A stretch of DNA of 64,000 bases from a virus: positions 1-64,000 of IMG/VR virus record IMGVR_UViG_3300033121_002167, one strand, 5' to 3'. Below the pieces are notes generated by a model. The model did not search any database. It saw only the letters and a list, made by a program, of their open reading frames with translations, and was not told the origin of the DNA. The position numbers and the translations under genes are program-made. Positions 9,116 through 18,149 of this stretch are shown here, in pieces (within the stretch, counting starts at the first letter, position 1; each line of letters begins with the position of its first letter).

Positions 9116-9285
9116 TGAAATCCGGGGATCTGGTCTATTGGATCTACGATAACCACGTAATACCAAAGAGGTCAGTGTTGATCTACGTGGGCACGGACCA
9201 TGTTCACCCTAGCATTGCCTGCGTTGTCTGCTCGTCTGGGCAAGTTGCCTGGCGATACGCAAGCGAGCTGAGAGAGCTGCTATGA
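9112..9285 (+). CDS. GDL-family small protein (57 aa)
   Basis: MMKSGDLVYWIYDNH...VLIYVGT...CSSGQVAW. Confidence 0.4.
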   Translation: MMKSGDLVYWIYDNHVIPKRSVLIYVGTDHVHPSIACVVCSSGQVAWRYASELRELL

Positions 9286-9503
9286 TGCTGCCGGGAGATC
9301 TGCTTACCACGCGGCACACAACGATCATTGAAGCACCCATGATACCCATGGTATTTGAGAAATTTGCGTTCTTCAAAGTTAAACCCAACTTCATCTGCAT
9401 GTGTGTAGGTTGCGAGACGATCGCCGGCGAGGATTACAAGTGGGTCCTGCTTCCGTCAGGGAAGTTGACACGCATCGTTGCAGCTGACTTGGTGCCCGCA
9501 TGA
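9282..9503 (+). CDS. GDL-family small protein (array member)
   Basis: 'MMLPGDLLTT','VLLPSGKLTRI'. Confidence 0.5.
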   Translation: MMLPGDLLTTRHTTIIEAPMIPMVFEKFAFFKVKPNFICMCVGCETIAGEDYKWVLLPSGKLTRIVAADLVPA

Positions 9504-9679
9504 AAGAATCATTCAAGACTGGTGATCTGCTGCGATTTGAAAACCGATTGTCTCAGACTCGGAGCCCCATGGTGTGTATGGGAACGCTTGACAGCCTTCA
9601 CGGCGACTGCCTGGTTCGCGTCATGTTTCCCAACGGACAGATTGCAGTGTACTACGCGAGCAACTTGAGGAAGCTATGA
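9500..9679 (+). CDS. GDL-family small protein (59 aa)
   Basis: MKESFKTGDLLRFEN...MVCMGTL...VMFPNGQIAVYY. Confidence 0.4.
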   Translation: MKESFKTGDLLRFENRLSQTRSPMVCMGTLDSLHGDCLVRVMFPNGQIAVYYASNLRKL

Positions 9680-9888
9680 AAACCGGTACTTTGGTGAAGA
9701 TCAACAGAGACAATGTCATCATATGCGAGCTTGATTCTGATCATCCAAAGATTCGCAACTTTGGCTCTAACGAGCGACTTGCTGTTTACTTGAACGACTA
9801 TCGAGTGCATGGTGGTAATTACGCGTTGGTGATTCTTCCATCTGGTCACTTGATTTACGTGTACAACCACGACTTGAGTCTCCCGTGA
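9676..9888 (+). CDS. GDL-family small protein (array member)
   Basis: 'MKTGTLVKI','LAVYLND','LVILPSGHLIYVY'. Confidence 0.5.
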   Translation: MKTGTLVKINRDNVIICELDSDHPKIRNFGSNERLAVYLNDYRVHGGNYALVILPSGHLIYVYNHDLSLP

Positions 9889-10064
9889 AGAAGATTAAGA
9901 TCGGCGATCTAGTTCAGGCGAAGGTTGGATATCATTCTCATGATACCATCATGATTTGCATCGGCCTTCGCGTTGGGGCTTGGGGTGATCTGATCGTTCG
10001 AGTGATGCTGCCAAACGGCAGGGTGCTAACGTACTACGCCTATGATATTATTGCGCTATCATGA
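9885..10064 (+). CDS. GDL-family small protein (GTG start, 59 aa)
   Basis: (V)KKIKIGDLVQAK...IMICIGL...VMLPNGRVLTYY. Confidence 0.35.
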   Translation: MKKIKIGDLVQAKVGYHSHDTIMICIGLRVGAWGDLIVRVMLPNGRVLTYYAYDIIALS

Positions 10065-10160
10065 ATGATGTTTCAATTAACGTCGGCGACCTGCTTTCTT
10101 CTGGGTCATGCTTCCCAATGGTAAAGTTGTTTCTACCCTCGCGAGCGAAGTGAAAGATGC
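10061..10160 (+). pseudogene. degraded GDL-family member (internal deletion/frameshift)
   Basis: MNDVSINVGDLLSS then C-terminal 'WVMLPNGKVVSTLASEVK' only in a different frame. Confidence 0.3.
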
Positions 10161-10390
10161 CCGCGTCTAAGTGTATATTCAAACCAGGGGACCTTATGAA
10201 GCCCACGTTGTCAGACTTGTGCTATAACGATCCAGATGATGTTAGAACGCACCGGACAAAAACACATGTTGGCAAACCAATCCTCTTGTGCACTGGCATA
10301 ACAGATGATGATCTCGGGGTTGTCGTGTTCTTCATGTTTCCTTGGGGAGAGACCGGTAGAACATCTTACGCTGAGGTACAACCATTGTGA
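10157..10390 (+). CDS. GDL-family small protein (array member)
   Basis: 'FKPGDLMKP','ILLCTGI','FMFPWGETGRT'. Confidence 0.5.
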   Translation: MPASKCIFKPGDLMKPTLSDLCYNDPDDVRTHRTKTHVGKPILLCTGITDDDLGVVVFFMFPWGETGRTSYAEVQPL

Positions 10391-10605
10391 ACGTTGGTGA
10401 TCTGCTTAGGTCGAAGTACGACGACATCTTGTACCGTCGATTCAACGATGGTATTTTGACCGGCGCACGGATGTTGAGCGGTCGATACTTCTTCCTATTG
10501 TACTTGGGTACGTTTACAGACGTTGGTGGAACGCCAGGTTTTATATTCATGTTCCCATGGGGTGAGGTTGGCTGGGCTGCGATGCACGAGCTTGAAACAC
10601 TATGA
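10387..10605 (+). CDS. GDL-family small protein (array member)
   Basis: 'MNVGDLLRS','FLLYLGT','FMFPWGEVGWA'. Confidence 0.5.
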   Translation: MNVGDLLRSKYDDILYRRFNDGILTGARMLSGRYFFLLYLGTFTDVGGTPGFIFMFPWGEVGWAAMHELETL

Positions 10606-10811
10606 AAGTCGGCGATCTGCTAACGTCAACGTACAGCAACTTTTTGTACTTCATTGGTGATGATCCAGCGCAAAAGGCGTCACGTTTTCACAGCGGCCGC
10701 GGTCTTGTTCTCTTGTGCCTGGGATTCGACGAGAACCGCAGTTACGTGTACTTCTTGCTGCCATCAGGTGCTATCGGCCACGCAAAGCACAGTGAGATCA
10801 TAGGCCTATGA
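10602..10811 (+). CDS. GDL-family small protein (array member)
   Basis: 'MKVGDLLTS','LVLLCLGF','FLLPSGAIGHA'. Confidence 0.55.
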   Translation: MKVGDLLTSTYSNFLYFIGDDPAQKASRFHSGRGLVLLCLGFDENRSYVYFLLPSGAIGHAKHSEIIGL

Positions 10812-11032
10812 AGTTCAAAATTGGTGATCTTGTTGGATGTGATTGGCCTGAGCTAATCATCAATGATGATGAATCTATGTCTGGTTACAAGCACGGAAAC
10901 GCCAAAGAGCTTTTCTTGTGCATCGGAACTTTCTGCGTGGAGGAGCAAGAAGTCATTGTCATCATGTTTCCAAATGGCAGGGTTGAAAGGGTCAACTCAT
11001 GCGAGCTGATAATCCTCAAGGAGGCGGAGTGA
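10808..11032 (+). CDS. GDL-family small protein (array member)
   Basis: 'FKIGDLVGC','LFLCIGT','IMFPNGRVERV'. Confidence 0.55.
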   Translation: MKFKIGDLVGCDWPELIINDDESMSGYKHGNAKELFLCIGTFCVEEQEVIVIMFPNGRVERVNSCELIILKEAE

Positions 11033-11038
11033 ACCGTC

Positions 11039-11389
11039 ATGTGCACCGGTGATTTGGTGAGAACACGATCACGCTATGGATCCAGAACGTTCTATACAGA
11101 AGGGGGCAAGTGGTGGATGCACGACGCATCGAAAGGGTTGAAGTCATACATGTTGTATTCCGATGAACAGTGCATGTACTTGGGAAAAGCAGACGATTCA
11201 GTGATCGGTAGCTTCTTCTGCATCCCGCGGTGCCAAATAGTCTTTGTCGAAGTTGACGGGATGCAGGTGATATTATGCGCGCGGGCGATCTTGCTAGAGC
11301 GCGACATGAGCATGTTCGCGCTCAAATTTGGGTTGAAGATGAGGGCTGGTTTAACGATGGAGAACGAATTCCAGCGAGAGATCTTCTGA
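11039..11389 (+). CDS. GDL-family small protein (array member, C-terminally extended ORF)
   Basis: 'MCTGDLVRT','CMYLGKA'; next member starts inside at 11275. Confidence 0.4.
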   Translation: MCTGDLVRTRSRYGSRTFYTEGGKWWMHDASKGLKSYMLYSDEQCMYLGKADDSVIGSFFCIPRCQIVFVEVDGMQVILCARAILLERDMSMFALKFGLKMRAGLTMENEFQREIF

Positions 11390-11493
11390 TCTACGTGGGT
11401 GTTGTGCAGAGCGACACGTTGACGTACTTCTTGCACTGCTCGTCGGGGAAAATAATTGTTTGCGATATCTTTGACGTAACTAAGGTGTGGTGA
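11275..11493 (+). CDS. GDL-family small protein (array member)
   Basis: 'MRAGDLARA','LLIYVGV'. Confidence 0.5.
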   Translation: MRAGDLARARHEHVRAQIWVEDEGWFNDGERIPARDLLIYVGVVQSDTLTYFLHCSSGKIIVCDIFDVTKVW

Positions 11494-11726
11494 TGGAGAG
11501 CGGCGATCTTGTGATAGCCAAGGGTTCGCATGGGGTCTACGTATATCATTACGACAACAAGGGGTTTTGGGTCTGGAATGGTACAATTGCGGCGGCGTTT
11601 CAACTACACGTATACTTGTGTAAAGTTCCACACGTTAAACATGGGCGTCTTTCTTACTTTTTGTCTACCGTCGATTTGAAGATTCGTGTGTGTCGCGAAT
11701 ATGCCTTCGTAAAGATTGAACCATGA
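11487..11726 (+). CDS. GDL-family small protein (array member)
   Basis: 'MESGDLVIA'. Confidence 0.5.
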   Translation: MVMESGDLVIAKGSHGVYVYHYDNKGFWVWNGTIAAAFQLHVYLCKVPHVKHGRLSYFLSTVDLKIRVCREYAFVKIEP

Positions 11727-11953
11727 AGGCGCAGACTGTCGGACAGCTCGTTTGCTTGAAACGATCGTTGCCATTTGACTTTGCTATCACGTTCGTGAAA
11801 ACTAGTCATGGTCTTGGTACGATGGGACAAATGGTTGATAGAGCCACACTTCTAGTGTACTTGGGTGATTATGACAATAGCTACGGTTACTACCTTGTCA
11901 ACGTTACCGGTTCCATTGTAATATCACTCAAAGGAAACTTCGAACCACTATGA
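11723..11953 (+). CDS. GDL-family small protein (array member)
   Basis: 'TVGQLVCL','LLVYLGD'. Confidence 0.5.
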   Translation: MKAQTVGQLVCLKRSLPFDFAITFVKTSHGLGTMGQMVDRATLLVYLGDYDNSYGYYLVNVTGSIVISLKGNFEPL

Positions 11954-12186
11954 GCACAGAGTTCAAGACTGGTGATCTAGTGAAGTCCGTCGAGGACGAG
12001 GTGGCGACGTACAAGATTAGCCATGATCCACGCATCGGTCCAATTCAGTTTGAACGTTACGTAGGGGTGAGCGGTTTTCATGTCTTCTTGGGATACATCG
12101 ACGGGAGCAAAAATAACGGTTACTTTCTTAACGCTCGCGATGGTCGAATCTACATCTGCTTCAGGGGAAACTTTAGGCTAGCATGA
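11950..12186 (+). CDS. GDL-family small protein (array member)
   Basis: 'FKTGDLVKS','HVFLGYI'. Confidence 0.5.
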   Translation: MSTEFKTGDLVKSVEDEVATYKISHDPRIGPIQFERYVGVSGFHVFLGYIDGSKNNGYFLNARDGRIYICFRGNFRLA

Positions 12187-12401
12187 AATCAGGCGACCTA
12201 GTGATCACTTGCGCGAATTCTACATACATCAAAGAGTTTGCTCTCTACGACCCTCGATCAGAAGAACTCCTGTGTTGGCAGGGCAGCAACGTGTTGTTCA
12301 TCTATTTGGGTCCTCATCGATCTAAGATCATGAGCTACTACGTGCGTTACGATGGTTTGATCTGTGCCGCCCATTGTCGCAATTTTGCGAAGCTACAATG
12401 A
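12183..12401 (+). CDS. GDL-family small protein (array member)
   Basis: 'MKSGDLVIT','LFIYLGP'. Confidence 0.5.
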   Translation: MKSGDLVITCANSTYIKEFALYDPRSEELLCWQGSNVLFIYLGPHRSKIMSYYVRYDGLICAAHCRNFAKLQ

Positions 12402-12646
12402 AGATAGGAACGTTGCTGAAGTTGAAGGAAGGCACAGTGCGTTACTGCGTATGCTGGTCGCCTGCTCCACGGGACAACGGCACGTGGTACTGGATGTACG
12501 CTAATGATGTGCGCATGGAAGATGAATTCATTGTGTTCCTTGGACATCACGAAGGCGACACCCTGTCAAAGAGCGTCGGTTGCTTCTTGTCTGTGTCGCA
12601 AGGAATCATCTGGCTTTCAAAGCACAATTTCGTCGAGGTTAAATGA
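12398..12646 (+). CDS. GDL-family small protein (array member; internal start of ORF 12374..12646)
   Basis: 'MKIGTLLKL','FIVFLGH'. Confidence 0.45.
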   Translation: MKIGTLLKLKEGTVRYCVCWSPAPRDNGTWYWMYANDVRMEDEFIVFLGHHEGDTLSKSVGCFLSVSQGIIWLSKHNFVEVK

Positions 12647-12885
12647 TAGCTGTCGGTGATCTTCTTGTTCTGAAATCCAGAAGTGAAAACTTTGCGCCTG
12701 GTTGGGATTCTTCTCTCAGTGAAAGCTGCTGGATGTCACCGGACGACGTGTTCATCTTTCTCGGCGTTGCAGAGAAGTGGACAGATCAGGCAGGTTCGAG
12801 ATGGTATGGAATCGTCTTGCGAGCTAGAGATGAAAAAGTGCTAGTGTTCCCTGATTACTGCTTTGAACCATGTCACCCCAACTGA
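12643..12885 (+). CDS. GDL-family small protein (array member)
   Basis: 'AVGDLLVL','VFIFLGV'. Confidence 0.5.
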   Translation: MIAVGDLLVLKSRSENFAPGWDSSLSESCWMSPDDVFIFLGVAEKWTDQAGSRWYGIVLRARDEKVLVFPDYCFEPCHPN

Positions 12886-13106
12886 TACAACATCGCTGGA
12901 CGCAGATCGGATACCACGTGGAATTTGAGCATGCTTACGAGATCCCACATCGTGCCATGCCCTGGCTTCCTGGTGATGTTGTCAGACCGGCGTGGGATGA
13001 CTACGATCGCAAACTAAACGATTTTGCTCCGGAGCCAGCTGGCATCGTTATCAACTATGATCGAACGACAAAAGACATGCTGATCCTGTGGAGCGATGCA
13101 CCGTGA
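12870..13106 (+). CDS. divergent GDL-family member
   Basis: 'WLPGDVVRP','MLILWSD'. Confidence 0.4.
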   Translation: MSPQLIQHRWTQIGYHVEFEHAYEIPHRAMPWLPGDVVRPAWDDYDRKLNDFAPEPAGIVINYDRTTKDMLILWSDAP

Positions 13107-13333
13107 AGAGCGTGAAAAAGCTGAAGATAGGATCATTGTTGATCCCAACCTCTTCATTTCATTGGTTGTACTCAACAAATCCGATTCACTCGCAGGTGAT
13201 CACAGCTCACGGTCGACCACTGTACGTGTACCTCGGAAACATGGTTGACCGTGATGATGCTCCGGCTCTGTACATTCTTACGCCAGATTGTGAAATCTAC
13301 TTGACCGATGCTGAGAACGTTGAAGAGCTATGA
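13088..13333 (+). CDS. GDL-family small protein (array member)
   Basis: 'LKIGSLLIP','LYVYLGN','YILTPDCEIYL'. Confidence 0.5.
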   Translation: MERCTVKSVKKLKIGSLLIPTSSFHWLYSTNPIHSQVITAHGRPLYVYLGNMVDRDDAPALYILTPDCEIYLTDAENVEEL

Positions 13334-13578
13334 AATCAGGTGACCTGGTCGCATCGCGGTTCGCAGCAACAACGTGCTTCGAAGTGCACCCTGAATTCGG
13401 TCTGCTGATCAGAACGATAGCTAGCGATGAAATTTGCACGTTCATCTGCAAGCTCTCCCGTGATGACCAAAGAAGGGTGCATCCATCGTTGGGCACGTAC
13501 ACCGCTGCGACGATGATGATCATGCGTGCTGATTGCAGCCTCGTGTACGTCGACAAAAGGATGCTATCAAAGCTATGA
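13330..13578 (+). CDS. GDL-family small protein (array member)
   Basis: 'MKSGDLVAS'. Confidence 0.5.
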   Translation: MKSGDLVASRFAATTCFEVHPEFGLLIRTIASDEICTFICKLSRDDQRRVHPSLGTYTAATMMIMRADCSLVYVDKRMLSKL

Positions 13579-13823
13579 TCGATCTAGATGATCTACTTCT
13601 TGGAACGTTGCTTCGACCGAATGCTGACGCTTCTGGATCTCGTCACTGGATTTATAAGTGGAACGTTTCTAAGACGTACGAAGCGTTTTATGAAGCACCA
13701 GGACCGGTGTATGCGTACATGGGCATGATTCCCGTTGAGGGTGAAACAACTGCTTATGCTTTGAGCTCTAAGGACGGTGCTTTGTACGAAATATGCACGA
13801 GAGAATTTGAGGTCATCCCGTGA
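13575..13823 (+). CDS. GDL-family small protein (array member; internal start of ORF 13533..13823)
   Basis: 'LDDLLLGTLLRP','VYAYMGM'. Confidence 0.4.
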   Translation: MIDLDDLLLGTLLRPNADASGSRHWIYKWNVSKTYEAFYEAPGPVYAYMGMIPVEGETTAYALSSKDGALYEICTREFEVIP

Positions 13824-14065
13824 AGTCAGGCGATCTTGTGATACCAGGGCACGAAGCGATATACTGCTTCGCTGACAGAGAGCCGGCTGGTTACACGACG
13901 ATCTTGTGGAAAGAAATTCTTATTTACGTCAGCGATCTTACACAAGATGACTGCGATTACGAGTACTTCTCGCGGTGGACGAAGTCACCAGAAAACATTG
14001 CACGCGTCATCAGAGAGTCTGGGAGGATTGTCTACATCGACAGAAGGGACGTTGTGACCCTATGA
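13820..14065 (+). CDS. GDL-family small protein (array member)
   Basis: 'MKSGDLVIP','ILIYVSD'. Confidence 0.5.
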   Translation: MKSGDLVIPGHEAIYCFADREPAGYTTILWKEILIYVSDLTQDDCDYEYFSRWTKSPENIARVIRESGRIVYIDRRDVVTL

Positions 14066-14337
14066 AAGTGCGCGCGCCCACAGATTGCCATGGCACTAAA
14101 ATCAGCTGCGGATCGATCGTAGTACCGTCTGACGCTGCAGTCAACATGCCGCCGTTGACACGGCACCTTAAGGGCACTTGGGTCACATCATTCCGCAATG
14201 GAATACCAAACACCAAGAAAGAATTTCTTCTTTGCATTGGGCATGAAGCGTACATCGAAGGAGGTTCTGTGCTTCACCTCTTTTCACCAACGATAGGATT
14301 GATCAACTTGTACGCGCATGAGGTGGCGCTGTGTTGA
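14062..14337 (+). CDS. GDL-family small protein (array member; internal start of ORF 13975..14337)
   Basis: 'GSIVVPS','FLLCIGH','HLFSPTIGLINLY'. Confidence 0.4.
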   Translation: MKVRAPTDCHGTKISCGSIVVPSDAAVNMPPLTRHLKGTWVTSFRNGIPNTKKEFLLCIGHEAYIEGGSVLHLFSPTIGLINLYAHEVALC

Positions 14338-14564
14338 CGGGCGACTTGTGCATGCCCGCGAGATGGAGCTCGACAACAGACGTCAGATACTTGTCTGCAC
14401 AGAACGTGGTAACATCACGACGAGCTCAATACGGTGATATTTTTCTGTTCATGTGTTGGTACGCTGAACCCAATAAGTTCGGTGATCGTAGACAGCTAGC
14501 ACAATTGATGCTCTCTGACGGATCGATAGTCATGCTTTACGACGGAGAGTTTCAGAAGATATGA
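14331..14564 (+). CDS. GDL-family small protein (GTG start)
   Basis: 'LTGDLCMP','IFLFMCW','LMLSDGSIVMLY'. Confidence 0.45.
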   Translation: MLTGDLCMPARWSSTTDVRYLSAQNVVTSRRAQYGDIFLFMCWYAEPNKFGDRRQLAQLMLSDGSIVMLYDGEFQKI

Positions 14565-14794
14565 ACATAAACATTGGTGATCTATGCTCGCCGATTGGAA
14601 ACGGTGCAGTAAGCTACATCGACCCAGTTGGAAATTTTCCAACCAATGTTTGGGCGCGAAGGAGCGATGTGCTACTGTTCATCGGCTGGGTTAACATTGT
14701 CACCCTCTCTACGCAAAGTACGTCGTTGGCTGTGTTTGTGCTGCCTGATGGAACGATAGCATCGCTGTACAACAGAGAATTTAAGCTGCTATGA
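14561..14794 (+). CDS. GDL-family small protein (array member)
   Basis: 'NIGDLCSP','VLLFIGW','FVLPDGTIASLY'. Confidence 0.55.
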   Translation: MNINIGDLCSPIGNGAVSYIDPVGNFPTNVWARRSDVLLFIGWVNIVTLSTQSTSLAVFVLPDGTIASLYNREFKLL

Positions 14795-15066
14795 CGATCA
14801 AAGTCGGTGATCTGTGCACCCCCTCGGGAGACGTCATCCAATTCAGGTACATGAACATCACGCCTCGCGAAAACGGAACGAACGTTTGGACTGTCAACAT
14901 GAATCTTCCACGGATTAACCCAAACGTCACGTTCTTGTGCATCGGATTCTTGCAGGCGCGGAGGATTGACGTTTCAACTATGGAGATGTCCACAATTGCT
15001 ATTTTGCTGCACGCACAGCTCAAAACTGTCACATTTCTCCTTGCTGAAGAGATCGAGGCACTGTGA
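14791..15066 (+). CDS. GDL-family small protein (array member)
   Basis: 'KVGDLCTP','TFLCIGF'. Confidence 0.5.
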   Translation: MTIKVGDLCTPSGDVIQFRYMNITPRENGTNVWTVNMNLPRINPNVTFLCIGFLQARRIDVSTMEMSTIAILLHAQLKTVTFLLAEEIEAL

Positions 15067-15287
15067 TGGATGGCATTCGCGCCGGTGCTCTTTGCTCACC
15101 AACACCAGAGCTTGAAGGTGAAATTTACTGCAACGCTCATTTTGCTATGCACAAGCGCATCGTCATATTCCGTCATCACAAGCTAGTGTTCTTGTACAGC
15201 GCTGATAGAGAGTACCCAAGGCTGTGCTACTTCATCTTGGGTGATCAGATAGTTGGACTGATCGAGGGTGAGTTCAAAGAACTATGA
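15063..15287 (+). CDS. GDL-family small protein (array member)
   Basis: 'IRAGALCSP','FILGDQIVGLIEGEF'. Confidence 0.5.
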   Translation: MMDGIRAGALCSPTPELEGEIYCNAHFAMHKRIVIFRHHKLVFLYSADREYPRLCYFILGDQIVGLIEGEFKEL

Positions 15288-15538
15288 TGAACTATTCAAG
15301 CGTCAAAATTCTGCCTGGCGACCTTTGCCGCCCAACGAGAGCATGTGCCAGCAGCAATTTGCAGTACATCAACTTTGCTAGCGCAACGGCATCTGAACGT
15401 GTTGTCAAGAGAGATGACGTTCTTGTGTTCATCTGCTGGAGAGCATGGCGCGTGGACCAGCCAGCAAATTACGCTCAGTTCATCACTCCCGACGGAGAAA
15501 TACTGTCGCTGAGAGCTGGGGAGTTTGAGGTTATATGA
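15284..15538 (+). CDS. GDL-family small protein (array member)
   Basis: 'LPGDLCRP','VLVFICW','FITPDGEILSL'. Confidence 0.5.
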   Translation: MMNYSSVKILPGDLCRPTRACASSNLQYINFASATASERVVKRDDVLVFICWRAWRVDQPANYAQFITPDGEILSLRAGEFEVI

Positions 15539-15789
15539 AGACATTTCGGGCAGGCGATCTTGTTGTCACTGACTTCGCACCGGGCAGTGCCATGTACATT
15601 GCAGTCGATGAAGGATATGGTTACAATCACTTCACAGCGAGTGGAGATGAAATTTCAAGTTCTGACGTATCATCTGGTTACGTGTTCTTGGGTTATCATC
15701 CTGACAATCTCAGCGTTGTGATGCTGCTCAACAACAGCGACGGAAGGATCGTTCAACTTTACGATGACGAGATTGAGCAGCTAAGATGA
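15535..15789 (+). CDS. GDL-family small protein (array member)
   Basis: 'FRAGDLVVT','YVFLGYH','LLNNSDGRIVQLY'. Confidence 0.55.
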   Translation: MKTFRAGDLVVTDFAPGSAMYIAVDEGYGYNHFTASGDEISSSDVSSGYVFLGYHPDNLSVVMLLNNSDGRIVQLYDDEIEQLR

Positions 15790-16031
15790 AACCCGTTGTT
15801 AAGCCCGGAGCGATTGTTAAGCCCATCGACGACATCTTCTTCTTTGAGGACATAGGGGCGCAGGTGGTGGGTCGTGAGCTCACGAACCATGCCGGTTTGT
15901 GCGCCGTCGTATATTCACCCGGCTGTGATTGCGCGTCATGGTGCCCTGAACTTCACGTGTTGGGCTTGCTCACTGCTAGCGGGCGAATCAAGTTCGTATA
16001 CTCATCTCAAGTAAAGATCATTGTTGACTAA
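15786..16031 (+). CDS. GDL-family small protein (array member)
   Basis: 'VKPGAIVKP','LLTASGRIKFVY'. Confidence 0.5.
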   Translation: MKPVVKPGAIVKPIDDIFFFEDIGAQVVGRELTNHAGLCAVVYSPGCDCASWCPELHVLGLLTASGRIKFVYSSQVKIIVD

Positions 16032-16039
16032 AGGAACCA

Positions 16040-16240
16040 TGGGTCAAAATCGATTCAAGATTGGTGATCTTGTCGACATGCAGCTTTACGTAAAGATATT
16101 CAACAAGGAAGAATACGCTGGTACGTAGTAGTCGGTCTCTTGGATGACACGCACGTTAAATTGATGATGAGCCATGGCAGAATCATGATGAGCCACGTGA
16201 ACTACGTGACACTAGTGCAAAGCGCCAGAGCAGCGGTGTA
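16040..16240 (+). pseudogene. frameshifted GDL-family member
   Basis: MGQNRFKIGDLVDMQLYVKIFNKEEYAGT* then C-terminal half (WYVVVGLLDDTHVKLMMSHGRIMMSHVNY...) continues in another frame. Confidence 0.35.
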
Positions 16241-16242
16241 AG

Positions 16243-16500
16243 ATGACTAAAAAACTGTCAATTGGAGACATGCTGTACATTGAGCCTGATGATGAAGGCA
16301 TGTGGACTTTTAAGTGGCATGAAGCAAGTCAACAAATGTATTATCTTGATCCCATTAAACGCGGCGCGCATGTCGTTGTGGGATCAAGCATGATAGAACC
16401 CAGCACAAATTGTATCTTCTGGCCGCTGCTTTCACCATCGGGGGATATATTTTGGGTTAGAGCTGATCATCTTGGTGTGAACATTGATATTCCCAGGTGA
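16243..16500 (+). CDS. GDL-family small protein (array member)
   Basis: 'LSIGDMLYI','HVVVGSS','PLLSPSGDIFWV'. Confidence 0.5.
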   Translation: MTKKLSIGDMLYIEPDDEGMWTFKWHEASQQMYYLDPIKRGAHVVVGSSMIEPSTNCIFWPLLSPSGDIFWVRADHLGVNIDIPR

Positions 16501-16699
16501 TCTAGCGTTGGTAAAGAGTCACGGACGCTATTACGGGCTTGGAACTGCGCTTCGTCCGCTTGAAGAAGGCATCCATGTCGTAGTATCTTGGAAGATTAAC
16601 GAAGAAACGTGCCTGCTGATGACACCCTCTGGCATCATCGTTCGAACTTGGGTTATCCACGTTAACGTTGTGAAAGAATCATGCGAGAAAAATACGTAG
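16484..16699 (+). CDS. GDL-family small protein (TTG start in track)
   Basis: 'FPGDLALV','HVVVSWK','LMTPSGIIVRT'. Confidence 0.4.
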   Translation: MIFPGDLALVKSHGRYYGLGTALRPLEEGIHVVVSWKINEETCLLMTPSGIIVRTWVIHVNVVKESCEKNT

Positions 16700-16923
16700 C
16701 CAAGTTCTCTGTCGGCGAGCTTGTTGTCCCACGTCCTGAGATGCAGTTCGGAAACAAGAATTACCTAGAACGTGGTGGAATGAGCTATTATTGCGGTACA
16801 ATCCAAAATGGCTTCCACGTGGTCATCAACTCGCGGATCGTCATGGGTTCAAAGTGCACAGAGTTGATCAACCCAAGCGGGCAGCGATGCTTGCTGTTTG
16901 AAGAAGAGCTGCAATTGCCATGA
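16681..16923 (+). CDS. GDL-family small protein (array member)
   Basis: 'FSVGELVVP','LINPSGQRCLL'. Confidence 0.5.
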   Translation: MREKYVAKFSVGELVVPRPEMQFGNKNYLERGGMSYYCGTIQNGFHVVINSRIVMGSKCTELINPSGQRCLLFEEELQLP

Positions 16924-17168
16924 ATCTCAAGATCGGTTCTCTTCTGAAGATCAATTGCAACGCTGTTACGCTACGTTCAGCACCGATCGATGATGTTCGG
17001 TGGGAGTATAGCGCTACTATAACGCAAAATCGATATCATTGTCTCATGCTGCTTGGAATCAATCAGTTGGGTCACTTCAATGATGAAGTAGATTGCTACG
17101 TTCTTGCTAATACTGCTTCGGGAATTTGCCTAGGTTGGCTACGTTCTGGTTTGCTTGAGGATGCCTGA
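16920..17168 (+). CDS. GDL-family small protein (array member)
   Basis: 'LKIGSLLKI','CLMLLGI'. Confidence 0.5.
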   Translation: MNLKIGSLLKINCNAVTLRSAPIDDVRWEYSATITQNRYHCLMLLGINQLGHFNDEVDCYVLANTASGICLGWLRSGLLEDA

Positions 17169-17398
17169 TGGTCTCTACCGGCGATATGATGATATTCCAG
17201 TGTGATGTTGCTCTACGATCACGTTCTTTGAAAGAACCAGATTGGGAGTACAAACGTTGCACCAAAGCCAAAGGCTCCATCTGCATCGTTGTAGGAACTC
17301 AAAGCTATGGTGACGATGGGGTAGATTGCTGCATATACGTTGCCAACAACCATCAGGTGGGATGGGTTAGATCAATCATCCTTGAACCGCTTCGATGA
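17168..17398 (+). CDS. GDL-family small protein (array member)
   Basis: 'STGDMMIF','ICIVVGT'. Confidence 0.5.
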   Translation: MVSTGDMMIFQCDVALRSRSLKEPDWEYKRCTKAKGSICIVVGTQSYGDDGVDCCIYVANNHQVGWVRSIILEPLR

Positions 17399-17646
17399 AA
17401 AACAAGCGATGGTATACGCACACAAAATGTATCGGCGATCTTGTGAAGATCGATGATGCACTTTTGTTGAGAACGCACCCCGTGAGACATCCCGACGGAA
17501 AGTACAAAAACACGCTTGGAGACGATAGCATGCTATTTTTGATCATCGGGATCATGATCTACGATGAAGGTGTAGATGTTTGCGTCACAGGTTGCCAAGG
17601 AGAAATAGGTTGGATAAATCAGCTGCTAGTGACGAAGTTCGAATGA
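17395..17646 (+). CDS. GDL-family small protein (array member)
   Basis: 'KCIGDLVKI','LFLIIGI'. Confidence 0.5.
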   Translation: MKNKRWYTHTKCIGDLVKIDDALLLRTHPVRHPDGKYKNTLGDDSMLFLIIGIMIYDEGVDVCVTGCQGEIGWINQLLVTKFE

Positions 17647-17876
17647 ACAATTTTTCTCCGGGTGACTTGGTCATCACGACAACGAGGCTAGCATTTCGTG
17701 CCATCGAAGATCGATCATCGCACTACATCACGCTACCTGGGACATTGCTACAGATCATCCAGATCATGGACATGGAAGATGTCGATCCCTATGCTCAGGG
17801 CCGCGGTGCACTATGCTTCTATGCACCCATGGGTCACACGATACTGTGCAACCTTGACTTCTTGAAGCCAGCATGA
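17643..17876 (+). CDS. GDL-family small protein (array member; internal start of ORF 17580..17876)
   Basis: 'FSPGDLVIT'. Confidence 0.45.
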   Translation: MNNFSPGDLVITTTRLAFRAIEDRSSHYITLPGTLLQIIQIMDMEDVDPYAQGRGALCFYAPMGHTILCNLDFLKPA

Positions 17877-18100
17877 TGTACCCAGGAGACGTGTTCGCGT
17901 ACCCAGTTTCACCAAGGGCTTGGTACTTGTGCATCGGCATCGAGGAGCTTGGGCACAATAACATCTGGGTCACTTGCGTGCTATTCAACAGCGACGTAAG
18001 CGCTCGTGTATACAAAGTGCAGATGAAGGCATATGACCCGCAGTGCACCAACGGAGCCAAGATCGTGCTCTCTAGCTGCCCACAGAATATTCAGCGATAA
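17873..18100 (+). CDS. GDL-family small protein (array member)
   Basis: 'MMYPGDVFAY','WYLCIGI'. Confidence 0.5.
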   Translation: MMYPGDVFAYPVSPRAWYLCIGIEELGHNNIWVTCVLFNSDVSARVYKVQMKAYDPQCTNGAKIVLSSCPQNIQR

Positions 18101-18149
18101 TGCGTTGCAGTTATCCACAGCCTAATTCAGTGAGTAAAATGAAAGCATC

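Noticed and set aside
11092-11631. 179-aa minus-strand ORF inside the array
   Set aside because: Antisense to four consecutive family members, with no motif; other antisense ORFs across the array (e.g. 8420..8638, 9652..9870) were rejected for the same reason.
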